IMG/VR virus record: IMGVR_UViG_3300030061_000857
Origin: an uncultured virus (IMG/VR IMGVR_UViG_3300030061_000857)
Taxonomy: Duplodnaviria > Heunggongvirae > Uroviricota > Caudoviricetes > Crassvirales
Length of the DNA stretch: 64,000 nucleotides
Strand: one strand, 5' to 3'
Positions 10,101 to 20,600 of this stretch are shown in pieces; position 1 is the stretch's first letter, and every line of letters starts with the position of its first letter. The notes under the pieces were generated by a model. The model was not told the origin of the DNA, did not search any database, and saw nothing but the letters and a program-made list of their open reading frames with translations. A program made the position numbers and the translations under genes.

Positions 10101-11642
10101 AAACCAACAGAAATTGAACAAACGCCTATTTATGTAAAGATAGGAGATACAATAGTAGGTAAACTACAAGCTAATAAGAGTGATGAGAGAAAGGCACTAG
10201 TACAAAAAATAAGAGAGACTGAAGGACAAGTAGAGATTGAACGTATACAAAACGAGGAATTACGGGGAATGACAGATAGGTATAATAGTGAAACAGAAAG
10301 TAAAGGATCTCCTTTCTATGGAAAAGAAAAGGTTACTTACGAAGAAATGGAAAAATTATATGCAGATGTTCTTGATAGAATTAGAAAAAAAGCTAATGCT
10401 AATAAAATACTTCGTAGTAAAGGTAGAAAGACAATAACAGCTCAAGAAGTAATAGATGATATAGTGCAAAACTATATTAATAATACTCCTTTACAATCTA
10501 TGCCTATAGGAAATCCTGGATTATTCTTACTAAAAGAATATATTAGAGAACAAATTGACGGAACAGCATTATTAGGAAAAAAAGTAACTACAAAAATATC
10601 AAAAGTAGTTGCTAATAATTATAATAATGCTGTGCTTTCAGAAGCATCAAACACTAGTTACTTTTTTAATATAAAAGATGTAATAGGTAATGGTAAGACT
10701 GAGAATGTATTATTAGCATTTACTGCAGGTACTCCTGGAGAAACAGATGTTGTACAATGGGAAGTATCACCTGTTAGTGATGAAAAGAATCAATCAGATT
10801 TACCTAAGATACAAAGAGAAGCGCAACGTGAACAAGCAGAAGGAAGAATAGATCAAGTAGCTGTAGTTGTAAGACCGGAGAATGTGCCTGGAGGAAAAGC
10901 AAGAATATATATAACAAGTACAGCTAACTTATCTGAAGACGCACAACAAAAAGTAATTGATTTAGTATTAGAAAAAAACTATGATGCAGCTAAAGAAATT
11001 GTAGCAGCTAGTCAACAAAGAAGAGGTAATGATAATCCTAGCTTTTTAGAGTTTAACACTTTTGAAAATGGCGATAAATACATAGTATACTACAGTCCTA
11101 AACTTAGAAAGCTTATACGTATTAATGAAACAGAAATGACAAAAGCTCTAAGTAATCCTGAGAATAAAGCTTTCTTTGATATTGTTAGTATACAAGATGA
11201 GATGTATACAAATAAAGGTAAAAGAAATACTACAGATTTAAAATTTAACTTAGGAGAAGATTTTAATTTGTTTTTAAGTAATAAAAAATATCATGTAGAT
11301 AAACAACTTGCTAATAGTACAGAAGAATACTTTAGTCCTGTAGATCCTCAAAGAAGATATGATAACTACCAAGAGTATTTATTTAGTCCTGCAGAGGTTG
11401 GAGACAGGGTAGAAGGTACGGGACATTATTCTATACTTAGTATTGACGCTGTTAAGATAGGTGAAAGTTTATTTAACAATCCTAAAGTTACATTTGAAAG
11501 AGGTAATGTAATAGGAGAAACAAAACAAGAAGTTGTAGATAAAACAGATTTAACATCTATGAAAAAACAAGTAGAAGTAAGTGCTGTAGACAAAGCTCCA
11601 AAAGGTTTTAAAGATAAATTTAACAAAAAGAATTGTAAATAA
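7131..11642 (+). CDS. Giant internal virion/ejection protein 1
   Basis: 1503 aa. N-terminal Gly/Ala-rich hydrophobic helices (EAFQEGWQF; MLVGAIVGGGVSG) like phage ejection proteins, followed by coiled coil. Directly upstream of the RNAP. Confidence 0.65.
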   Translation: MGIPITINSGTNLQEPTSSSGGINLYYDPDIAKKPLDRISRIDPYDTINFTNIYTDDLSKYEKYDVPTTRFFNWDDQRAKNQSTGEKWLNGLSKGLVTTAGAVVENTLGVIAGLGEMAFGSGYYYDNFIGQSIDKANDWMRDAMPNYRTQAEMDMTTGQKLGTANFWADTVLNGVGYSIGSIATMWLTGGTGLIMRTAGAVGKAQRAKNIYDVSKAITTGTKLADKTFKASRAQGLLNSANMLEMGLYMSLAEASVEAREAQKSAYDALIEKELEDRNLEREFELGDEVRADILNASYAAGNADFLAQLPVLAGTNLFMFGKQVAGFNTARKLRPDVAFDNATKKVVNTIGERGLFRTGLSRLKPFAQGSLTEAFQEGWQFASKTGAIDYHTDKYFNGGAADMSESILHGINETFGTQEGLESMLVGAIVGGGVSGVQSAIQKPYAQRQKNAKYLTDLLNGGFLRNAANKGMTSNAMTLALVQMEQARESGDIKAFKDAQNKLIMYNAFEALQNGGFDVFMEKLDDAASLEDSEFAKAFGYDTEQSIQKQTGKSKQQIIDNAKKKYQSFKETYDSINEAYPPADRKTGLPRMRMTEEERKAEEAVYQGREALRAQLILGMGSIKNRNSRLKSIHDNMQALLDSTVNLNNGSVLKDILALPQFGGENILEYSAAEEQENTRKRLNEVLQVLVKNNVDPVKIADFKKQAQDYLSLLRENQETVEAHIKLSSDTFAQEQFKDEVAKNVEAAKKKAKDSKDKKNVEEAKTSEDIKNNVKDAEGETKADAEQKFQDLKRQEKEAEDKYLSKDKDLPAKNRLRLLKAIDTSNLSDTERVGLVNAIEKLEKLEKQQAEKETPIGEDPDAQTIADILEQEETQEEEEVDAVQQEPEPAKREVVITDTSQLEIFDDVSVENDNNETPVLGLELAVDPTIWVSDKKVGVNENGVPDGSTGDTVNGKPIIISQEPLLGETEGTEVEFVIIENDFFVENHKGKPTEIEQTPIYVKIGDTIVGKLQANKSDERKALVQKIRETEGQVEIERIQNEELRGMTDRYNSETESKGSPFYGKEKVTYEEMEKLYADVLDRIRKKANANKILRSKGRKTITAQEVIDDIVQNYINNTPLQSMPIGNPGLFLLKEYIREQIDGTALLGKKVTTKISKVVANNYNNAVLSEASNTSYFFNIKDVIGNGKTENVLLAFTAGTPGETDVVQWEVSPVSDEKNQSDLPKIQREAQREQAEGRIDQVAVVVRPENVPGGKARIYITSTANLSEDAQQKVIDLVLEKNYDAAKEIVAASQQRRGNDNPSFLEFNTFENGDKYIVYYSPKLRKLIRINETEMTKALSNPENKAFFDIVSIQDEMYTNKGKRNTTDLKFNLGEDFNLFLSNKKYHVDKQLANSTEEYFSPVDPQRRYDNYQEYLFSPAEVGDRVEGTGHYSILSIDAVKIGESLFNNPKVTFERGNVIGETKQEVVDKTDLTSMKKQVEVSAVDKAPKGFKDKFNKKNCK

Positions 11643-14600
11643 TGAGTTGTAGAATAGAAAATGGTAGAGCCATATTACCTAATGGTAAAGATTCAAAACT
11701 TTTAAAAGGCCTAAGAGACGCTGTAGGTTCTAGAGCGCAAGCAGATGCTATATATGAAAGTGTGTATGGAGAAGAGTTTAAAAAATTCTATGGGTTTGAT
11801 TTTGAAAAAGAAGGCATAACACAAGTAGAAAGATTTGCTAATAACCTAGATGAAAACAATGAGCCTAGACTGTTTGCTGGTATAGGTATATATGAGTTTA
11901 TAAATAACAAATTAAAAAGTTTTCCTGTTGCTCTATCAGATAAACAACAAAACAAAATACTAGATTTAAATAGAACAGAGGCAGAAAATGCAGAGATACA
12001 ATCAGAACTTATAAATACTCTTATAGGATTTACAAACAACTTAAAAATAAAAGCAGGTGTTGATAATGCTGATATTATATTTAATACACTAAAAGATAAA
12101 ACTTTATTAGCAGCATTTAACAATACTATAGATATTGAAAAAGCTAAAGAGTTATTTAGAACTCTTAACATGGGTGAGAATGGTTATGATAACTTTGTAA
12201 AAAAGATAGAAGAAGAAAACATAAGTTTAGCACCTATGTTTGATGTGTTTATTAGTGCTTATGATCAATGGGAATCTACACAAGATGCGCTAGGTAATAT
12301 ACAAACTATAGGCGTTAGAGATATACTAAAAGACAGCTTCTCTAGATATAACATGAGGCTAAGAGACGGCTATTCTTTACTAGAGGAGATAGATGATGAG
12401 TATATAAGAATATATAATAACTCTAGGCTAGAAGACAATCCGCAAAATAAACTATCATCAAAAGCAAAAGCTATTATAAGTAACATTGTAGTAGGTGAAA
12501 ATAGTTTAGGGTATCCTGAAACATTGCCTACAGATAGAGTCTATGCTATTATAGCAGAAGCAGCTGTAGGTCAACCAGACTTTGATGCAATGATTTCTAA
12601 ACTAGATTATTACTCAGAGTATAAACCTGAAGTAAAAGAGATTGTAAATAAATTACTAGCATTAAAGCCTGGAGAGAAAGCAGCTATCTTCTCTGCTTTT
12701 AAAAATACATATAAAAAGTTTTTACTATTTAAACAAGAAGCAACTGATGGTGGATTTAGAAATGTAATTATAAATTCTAATCAAAGCAATGTAGCTATAA
12801 AAACTAGAAGAGACTTTAGAGATAATGCTGTACAATACACAATTGAGAATCCTAGAGCTGTGTATATATCAGATAAAGATAAAATATCTGTAAAACCTGA
12901 AAAAGTAAAACGTATTAGAAAAGCATGGGATATTGTAAAAAAAGCGCAAGGGCAAGCAGAATGGACTGATCAACAATTAGATGCTTTAGGTGTATATCTA
13001 TGGGAACTAGGTATGAATTATGGTCCTACACTAGAAAGCACACAAGAAAACATAAAAAAGTACTATACAAAGGGTAATGAATCTAGAATAAAAGAAGGAG
13101 ATTTATTATCAAGGTTTGTATTTGAGCCTAATAAGAACTTTGAAAAACTAATACTAAGTTTAGAAAATAACCCTAGTGATAATTTTCATGACGCAGAAGG
13201 AAGTATAGTACAAAAGATTGCAGACATTGCTATACTATTTGATAGTAAGCCTTTTGGAACTTTTATTAGCGGTACAAATAAACAGTACTATCCTGTAAAT
13301 TTACCAACAGCACTAGATGAACTAACAGAACTATTTAATGACCCTAATCAAGTCTTTGAATTAAAACAGTTTGTAAAAAGCTTAGGAGAAGATCCGTTGT
13401 TTAACCCTGGACAAACTAAATACAAGTCTATATTGTTAAGAGCACTTACTAGTAGTAAAGGTAATGCAAGAGAAAACTTTATAGCATACATATTAGATTC
13501 TTATAAATCTGCTACCCAAGATGCTGTAGATTACAATTCTCAAAACGATAAGACATCTCTAAAAGAAAGATTAATAGGTTATATAAACAGAGATAGTAAG
13601 TACTCTTTATCTGCAATACATATTCAAGCAGATCGTAGACAAATGGGATTTGTGCAAGTGCCTAAAATGTCTGAACTGTCTTCTTTTGGTATTACATTAA
13701 GTAGACAAGAAATAATAGAAGGGTTAATAATACAAGACTTATCTAGAATAAATCAAGCAAGAAAACTTATAAGAAGTAAAGATGAGTCTAAGTTTATAGA
13801 AGGCTATCATTACAAGCCAGGGTCTAGTAAATATGCAATGGACGGATCAGTATTTACAATGACACAAATCTATGGACTTGAAGATACAGATTTAGGAGGA
13901 GAGTATATGTCTGATTTAGTAGAAGACTTTGTAGCAGGAGTACCAAATGATTTATTTACTAAACTATTAGGAGAAAAAGTATCACAAGTAGAACAAATGC
14001 TAGAAAAGTTTGAAGAAGAATTACAAACTGAGTTAGTACAGTTTGATATAAAATTAATTAAAGATGTAAGTTCTAATTTAGATACTGATGCTAAAAAATT
14101 AAAGTTTGTTAAAGACTTTGTTTTTAATGAATTTGTAAATAGAATAGAAGTTACAAAGCTATTACGTAGTGGATACTCTTTTGCAAAGGACTCTGCAGAT
14201 TTTTACAAACGTATGGGACTTGTAAATACACCTGGAACTAAATTAGCTATACAAGGATTTGATCAAAACGATACGCAATATGGTATGATGCCACAGTATA
14301 ATGGATTAGTAATAAAAGATTTTGATTATTCCGATAAAGATAGATCAGACCAAGTTGTAAAAAATCTAATAGCTAACGGACTAGATCCAAAAATAGCTGG
14401 TTTATATTTAACTACAAACAAATCAGATGCACAATCTTTTATTAGTGTAGATATGTACCGCGGGATCATGCAAGGTATGGGTAACTGGACACAAGAAGAT
14501 GAAAATGCATATAAAGTATATTTACAAGGAGGTGGTTATAATAGACCGGTTGTTCCTCTAAAGCCATATCATGAACAAACAAATGTAAAGAATGGACTTA

Positions 14601-17600
14601 GTACTATGCATATGGACAAGAACTCCTATACTGTAGTTACACCAGAGCTAGCTGCAGACTTTCCGTATTTACAAAACATGCTTGATGCAATGCGTAATGA
14701 CAATATACATGTAGTGCACACAGAAAGCGCAACAAAAGGAGCTAGGTCTAATGTGCAAGACTTTCAAGCTACAGGTGTTCTTGATGTTAGTAATCCTACA
14801 GTATATGATTCTACTAAACTTAGGTTTCCACAGATGATACCTGTAGATGAAAAAAATACTATAACATTTAATAGACAACTTAGAAAGAACATAACTACAA
14901 ATGTTATAAGAGACGGTCAGTATACTATTGATGGTAAAACAATGTCTGGCGCTGAGGTACAAAAACTACATGATGAATCTATAGCAGGAAATATAAAACA
15001 AGACACAGAAAGAATAGAAAAAGAGTTAGGAATAACTAAAGTAAACAGAATAAAAAATAAAGAATCTGTAGAACATAAAGAAGCTAAGTTAGCGCATTTA
15101 AAAGCTCTTAGATCTAGAATAGAAAAAGAAATTGCTGAGAGAGACCTACCGCAAAACTATTTAGATGGATTAGATATTATACCTAATGGTCCATTTGATT
15201 ACAAATTTAGAGTACCACTAAGTTTCCCAAACTTTGCAGCTAGATTTGAAACAATTGTAGCAGGTATATTTAACAAAGAAATATATAAACAAAAACTAAA
15301 AGGACAAGAAGCGGTACAGATAGCAGAACTAGGAGGCCATAGTGTTAGTGGAGAGTTAAGAATGTATGATGGACAAAATGGAGGAGCAGAAGTTAGAATA
15401 AAAGCTAGTACTCTTGGATTTACAGCAGAAGAAATAGAAGGTAAAACCGCTGCAGACTTTGCAGGAGATCCTAGATTAGAGTTTATAGGTTATCGTATAC
15501 CGCAACAAGGTAAGAGTTCTTCTATGGTGTTTAGAGTTGTTGACTTTTTACCTGAGTCTCATGAAAAAGCTATTATGGTTCCTGGGGCTCTAACAATACA
15601 ACAAGGTAGTGACTTTGATATAGATAAGTTAAATCTTATATTCAAAGAAGTAGGTGAACTTAATGAAAGACAAAAAAGAAATAATAATATATATGAAGTA
15701 TATAAAGGAATTATACTAGATCCAAAACACTTGACAGAAGTTATGACCCCTGTTGCTAACGAAGAGTTAAAAGACTTAGCTAGAATTGTTGGTGATGTAG
15801 ATGCTAGTGTAAATTATAACAACCCGCTGACTGAACTTAAGATGGAAAATAGACAGAAGATGGGTATAGCTGGTAGAGGATTGCATTCTAATATTATTAA
15901 AGGTAGAAACACAGCAGAAAAACTAGGAATTTTATCAGTAAGATCTGACTTTGCTCCTGTTATAGAAGGAAATCCTATGATGTTTATACAAACAAATGAT
16001 TTAAAAGGTAACTTTACAGACGCTAATATATCACAATACCTATCAGCTGCAGTAGATGCGGCAAAAGCTCCTATACAAATAGATATAAACGATAATAAAT
16101 ACACTATACCTGTAACCGGTCTTTTATTAAGTGTAGGTGTTCCAATAGAAACCGTGGTATACTTTTTATCACAGCCTAGTATTAAACAGTTAATAAAAGA
16201 AGCAGAGCTAAATGATGTAGGAGAAAATAAATTAGTAGAAAAAATTGATACAAAAGAAGGTGTAAAAAATATGACTCTTGCACAATTAAAAGAGGGATCT
16301 ATACCACAAGAAGAGATACTAAGAAACTTTGCTATATTCCATAGAGCTGGTAAACAAATGCAAAGAGTATATAAGATAATTACTCCAGGTGATATAGATA
16401 ATGTAAATGAATTATCTGCTATAAATGCATGGATAGATGAAGAAACTTTCTTTTTATATAATCAAGACAGTGTAATACTAGGGGCTAAAGATTATATAAC
16501 ACATCAGCAAGGTAGTAATAAACCTTTAAATGCAATGGGCATCGCTTATAGAGGAGTACTAGATACTATAATAGATAATACTAATCAGTTAGGATTTTTA
16601 CAGAACACTAATGCATTTAAACAAGCAAAAGAAAACTTAAAAACATCTTTAGGTATAAATATTCTTACTGCTGCACAACATAAATTTATCGATAGAGCAT
16701 TATATGGGGCGTTAATGACACAGCCTAATAGTCCTTTAATGATAAATATAGGAGATAATGTAGGATTACTATCTAGAAGAGTAATTAGTGCTTTATACAA
16801 CCCTCAAAGCAAAGATAATATAGTAGTTAAAACTAGAGAGATAGCTCTTAAACATCCTAAATTAAATGACAATCCATTCTATAGACTATTAAGAGAAGAT
16901 CCTAGTAACAAAGAAACCGGTATAGCTAGAATACAATTTGATACTGGTATAAATTTATCTGTAGCAGATAAGAATGATTTAAGTAATGCTTTGTTACGTA
17001 TAATAAAAGACCCAAACCCAGAGATAAGATCTTATGGTAAACTTTTAGTAGCAAATCAATTTTTAACTAGCGGATTCTTTCCTACATATGGTAGTTATAT
17101 AGACTTAATACCAACAGAAGTTCTTACAACAGACCTAATAAACCCAGGTAATGGAAGTCCTGTAGAGTTTTTTGAGCAAGAAATAACACAACTAGTTGCT
17201 CCTGATTACTTAGGTTTTAGTAACTTTACACACGAGTTTGTAAGAAACTATGGTACAAGAAGACCTGGCGGACAAAATTTATTAAGAGTTGTAAAAGTGC
17301 CTGTAAAAAATCTAGACTATGGGCAAATTACTTTTTCTGATTTTGACTCACAAGTATACGATGAACAAAATGGATATGTACAGTACTTTAAGTCTAGAGC
17401 AGGTACAATGTATGTGTACATAGGAGGATCTACTTACCAACAACTAGAAGCATTAGGTGTAGAAAATAAAGTTGCAGAAATAGGAACTTCTAATTTAGTA
17501 ACAGATAGTGTGTTTCAGCAAAATAGAAGCAAAGTTAAAACAACAGATAAACCTGTAGATGGATATATACAAATGACTCCAGATGTAATAAAAGAAGATA

Positions 17601-17635
17601 ACGAAAATGATGACCCAATAAAAGTTTGTAAATAA
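11642..17635 (+). CDS. Virion-packaged two-barrel RNA polymerase (phi14:2 gp66-like)
   Basis: 1997 aa with GYRIPQQG and the catalytic DxDxD loop QQGSDFDIDKL (~15599-15630), plus SAAVDAAK. Size and context match crAss-like vRNAP. Confidence 0.9.
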   Translation: MSCRIENGRAILPNGKDSKLLKGLRDAVGSRAQADAIYESVYGEEFKKFYGFDFEKEGITQVERFANNLDENNEPRLFAGIGIYEFINNKLKSFPVALSDKQQNKILDLNRTEAENAEIQSELINTLIGFTNNLKIKAGVDNADIIFNTLKDKTLLAAFNNTIDIEKAKELFRTLNMGENGYDNFVKKIEEENISLAPMFDVFISAYDQWESTQDALGNIQTIGVRDILKDSFSRYNMRLRDGYSLLEEIDDEYIRIYNNSRLEDNPQNKLSSKAKAIISNIVVGENSLGYPETLPTDRVYAIIAEAAVGQPDFDAMISKLDYYSEYKPEVKEIVNKLLALKPGEKAAIFSAFKNTYKKFLLFKQEATDGGFRNVIINSNQSNVAIKTRRDFRDNAVQYTIENPRAVYISDKDKISVKPEKVKRIRKAWDIVKKAQGQAEWTDQQLDALGVYLWELGMNYGPTLESTQENIKKYYTKGNESRIKEGDLLSRFVFEPNKNFEKLILSLENNPSDNFHDAEGSIVQKIADIAILFDSKPFGTFISGTNKQYYPVNLPTALDELTELFNDPNQVFELKQFVKSLGEDPLFNPGQTKYKSILLRALTSSKGNARENFIAYILDSYKSATQDAVDYNSQNDKTSLKERLIGYINRDSKYSLSAIHIQADRRQMGFVQVPKMSELSSFGITLSRQEIIEGLIIQDLSRINQARKLIRSKDESKFIEGYHYKPGSSKYAMDGSVFTMTQIYGLEDTDLGGEYMSDLVEDFVAGVPNDLFTKLLGEKVSQVEQMLEKFEEELQTELVQFDIKLIKDVSSNLDTDAKKLKFVKDFVFNEFVNRIEVTKLLRSGYSFAKDSADFYKRMGLVNTPGTKLAIQGFDQNDTQYGMMPQYNGLVIKDFDYSDKDRSDQVVKNLIANGLDPKIAGLYLTTNKSDAQSFISVDMYRGIMQGMGNWTQEDENAYKVYLQGGGYNRPVVPLKPYHEQTNVKNGLSTMHMDKNSYTVVTPELAADFPYLQNMLDAMRNDNIHVVHTESATKGARSNVQDFQATGVLDVSNPTVYDSTKLRFPQMIPVDEKNTITFNRQLRKNITTNVIRDGQYTIDGKTMSGAEVQKLHDESIAGNIKQDTERIEKELGITKVNRIKNKESVEHKEAKLAHLKALRSRIEKEIAERDLPQNYLDGLDIIPNGPFDYKFRVPLSFPNFAARFETIVAGIFNKEIYKQKLKGQEAVQIAELGGHSVSGELRMYDGQNGGAEVRIKASTLGFTAEEIEGKTAADFAGDPRLEFIGYRIPQQGKSSSMVFRVVDFLPESHEKAIMVPGALTIQQGSDFDIDKLNLIFKEVGELNERQKRNNNIYEVYKGIILDPKHLTEVMTPVANEELKDLARIVGDVDASVNYNNPLTELKMENRQKMGIAGRGLHSNIIKGRNTAEKLGILSVRSDFAPVIEGNPMMFIQTNDLKGNFTDANISQYLSAAVDAAKAPIQIDINDNKYTIPVTGLLLSVGVPIETVVYFLSQPSIKQLIKEAELNDVGENKLVEKIDTKEGVKNMTLAQLKEGSIPQEEILRNFAIFHRAGKQMQRVYKIITPGDIDNVNELSAINAWIDEETFFLYNQDSVILGAKDYITHQQGSNKPLNAMGIAYRGVLDTIIDNTNQLGFLQNTNAFKQAKENLKTSLGINILTAAQHKFIDRALYGALMTQPNSPLMINIGDNVGLLSRRVISALYNPQSKDNIVVKTREIALKHPKLNDNPFYRLLREDPSNKETGIARIQFDTGINLSVADKNDLSNALLRIIKDPNPEIRSYGKLLVANQFLTSGFFPTYGSYIDLIPTEVLTTDLINPGNGSPVEFFEQEITQLVAPDYLGFSNFTHEFVRNYGTRRPGGQNLLRVVKVPVKNLDYGQITFSDFDSQVYDEQNGYVQYFKSRAGTMYVYIGGSTYQQLEALGVENKVAEIGTSNLVTDSVFQQNRSKVKTTDKPVDGYIQMTPDVIKEDNENDDPIKVCK

Positions 17636-20600
17636 ATGGCGTGTAAATATTATGATAAAAAAACCGGATTAGTAAATGAGTTACTTACTGATCTATATGG
17701 TTATATGGATACAGTACAAAACAAAAATGTAGACTCTGTATATAAAATATTAAAAAAACATCGTATAGCTACAAAACGTAATGACATTATGTATTTAACA
17801 TTACCTAATGTTAATTATAGCCTAAGAGAGTTTAAAAGAATAGAAAGAAAACATCCAGGACTTTTTTCTACTGAGTATATAAAAATGACTCCTAGAAGCA
17901 TATATTCTGAAGCTGCTCCCCTATACTCACTAACTATAAATAAAAATGTTTTAGAAAACATAAATCCTGAAGGTACAGCTAATGCAGATATTAGCACAAC
18001 AGACCCGGTTGACATAGATCAATATGTTAGATTTATTGCAGGTGCTGAAAGAAATACAAGAGATTATTATCTAGATGAAATAGCTAGAAGAGAAAATACT
18101 AGTAATAGTAAGTTTTCTGCTATGGAAAAAGAGGATATGGAGAATGTATATAGAGTTAGTAATGAACTTAAAAACTCTTTTGCAAAAGCTGGAGTAACTG
18201 TAGATGTTATATTTGATACTAGCATAGATAATATAGGACAGGTAGATCCTGCAGAGCTTGGTATGAATCCTACAATAAGGATAAATCCTCTAAAGGTTAG
18301 AAAAGATACAACATATCATGAGTTTGGGCATATATACATAGACTTATTAGGTGTAAATCATCCTATTGTTGCACAAGCTATAGCAGAACTAAGAGATACA
18401 GATTTATACTATCAGGTAAAAGAAGCCTATCCAGAATTATATGGTGAGTTATTAGATAAAGAAGTACTAGCTACAGCAATTGGATTAGAAGGAGCAAAAA
18501 TAGTTAGAAAAAATCCAAACAAATTACAAAGAATACTTAATAGATTGTTTAGAGCTATTGGCAAATTGTTTGGCATAACTCCAAATACTGCAGCAAGACT
18601 TGCAGAAGAAATGTTTGCAGGTAAATTAAGGAGAGATAGCATGATCAATCCTCTAAGCTCTTATATACAGGCAAGTAAAGAAGAAGTTAAATTAAAAGAA
18701 CTTGTAGATGAAGCAAGAGTTAGAATAAACTCTGAGATATATGAGCTAAATCAATTGCCAGAAGACCAGGTAAGTCCAGAAGAAAAAACTACTTTATTAA
18801 GATTAGAAAATAGTTTACAAAGAGTAAGAAAAGTAGAAGACTTATTTAAACTTGTAGATGCTATGGGTGGTGCATTAGCTAGAGCTAAAAGTAATTATAG
18901 AAATATAATGGAACTACCAGAAGCAGAAAGAGGGACTACAGCTAACTTAAATAAAATGTGGGCTCTAAAAAAGACACTAGATGGATTAGAAATGTTTTCT
19001 AGTATTAAAAGCTTATTGTTAGCTACTAAAGATAAAGGTAAAATACAAGACTTAGATGCATTTGATAAATTAGAAGATAGAGTAAATGAAATTATAGATC
19101 AAGCTACAGTGCTAGATAATGATTTTAAAGATGATATTATACCAGTATGGGCACAATCTGTAATAGGTTTATCTAATAAAAATTTACCAGCTGAAATACA
19201 AAAACTTATAGATAATATAGAGAAGAATAAAAGACTAGTAGGCCCTGATACAACAGACATTGCATGGGTACAACTTACTGAAAGATATAATAAAGGTCAA
19301 ATTACAAAAGAAGAGTTAACAGAAAAGAGACTTAAATTAAATGTAGAACAGTTAAAACAAAAGCAATTACTAAATTATGGTGATCTTGTAAAAGAACTAA
19401 CAACTGCACATAAAGATAAAAGTGGTTATTCTTTTTACTTTGACCCTATTGTTTATTCTAGTGATAGAGGTATACAACTATTAGTTAAAGCAGTACAACA
19501 AGCTAATTTAGAAAAGAATGACCTAACACTAGATCTTAAGTCTAAGCTAGCACCTGTCTATGATGAGTTTGCAGCTGGTCAAAGTGAATCTAATGTAGAA
19601 AAATTAAATGATGACTTATTAGAAGAGGTAACTATAAACGGTGTAAAAAGATTAGCGCTTGTTAATCCAATTGACCAAGAGAGGTACTATGGTGATCTTA
19701 GAGATTATAAAAAACAACTAGACGAAAAGTATAGTAAACCTAAGCCAGCTGATTTTAATGATGACATGGAATTATATAAAATAGAATATGGTAAATGGAT
19801 AGAAAGCAGTAAAGGTAGAAACTATCAAAGAGACATAGTTACATGGAATAATGAGAATAGTACTCCTATAGAAGGATGGGAAAAAGAATTAAAAAGAGTA
19901 AGAGATGAATTAAAGGTACAGCAGTCAATACTTAAACAACTTAAAGCAAATGGTTTTGAAAATACAGACTCATATCTAAACGCACAAATAAATAGAGACC
20001 AGCTAAATAAATTTTTAAATAAAAATTATATAAACGGTAAACCTGCAGGTGATTGGGTGCAACCAGACCCTAAAGTATATACTAATGCTAAGTATACAGC
20101 TATACAAAATGATCCTAGATTAAAAAAATACTATGATTTTGTATTACAAGAGTTTCAAACAGCACAAAGAATGATAGGTGTAAATCGTATGGATAAAAAT
20201 ACATGGGATAAATACTCATATTTAATGCCAACTTACAGAAAAGAAGACTATGACAGAGCAAAAGAAAATGGTACTTATAACACTATAAAGGATATGCTGC
20301 AAGACGGGTTTACTATACAAGAAACTAATCATGATTATTATACCTATAATCAAAACAACAAAGACATAGAAAAAAGAGTCCCTGTTTACGCTACCAACAG
20401 GGTTCCTGCTAGAGAAGTCTCAAAGGATATAGCTAGTAGTTTATATAGATTTAGACACATGGCACATAACTTTAAAACTAAAAGTGAAATATTAGGACAA
20501 GTTATGATATTTCAAGAAATATTAAAGAATGCAAAAACTTTAGAGACCAACTCAGCAGGTATACAGCTAATACAAAAAGCTGCAGAAAGTATGGGTATAA

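Noticed and set aside
7604..18648. Short antisense ORFs inside the giant genes, and similar shadow ORFs in 27-39 kb and 44-64 kb
   Set aside because: They lie wholly opposite well-supported genes and carry no recognisable motifs.
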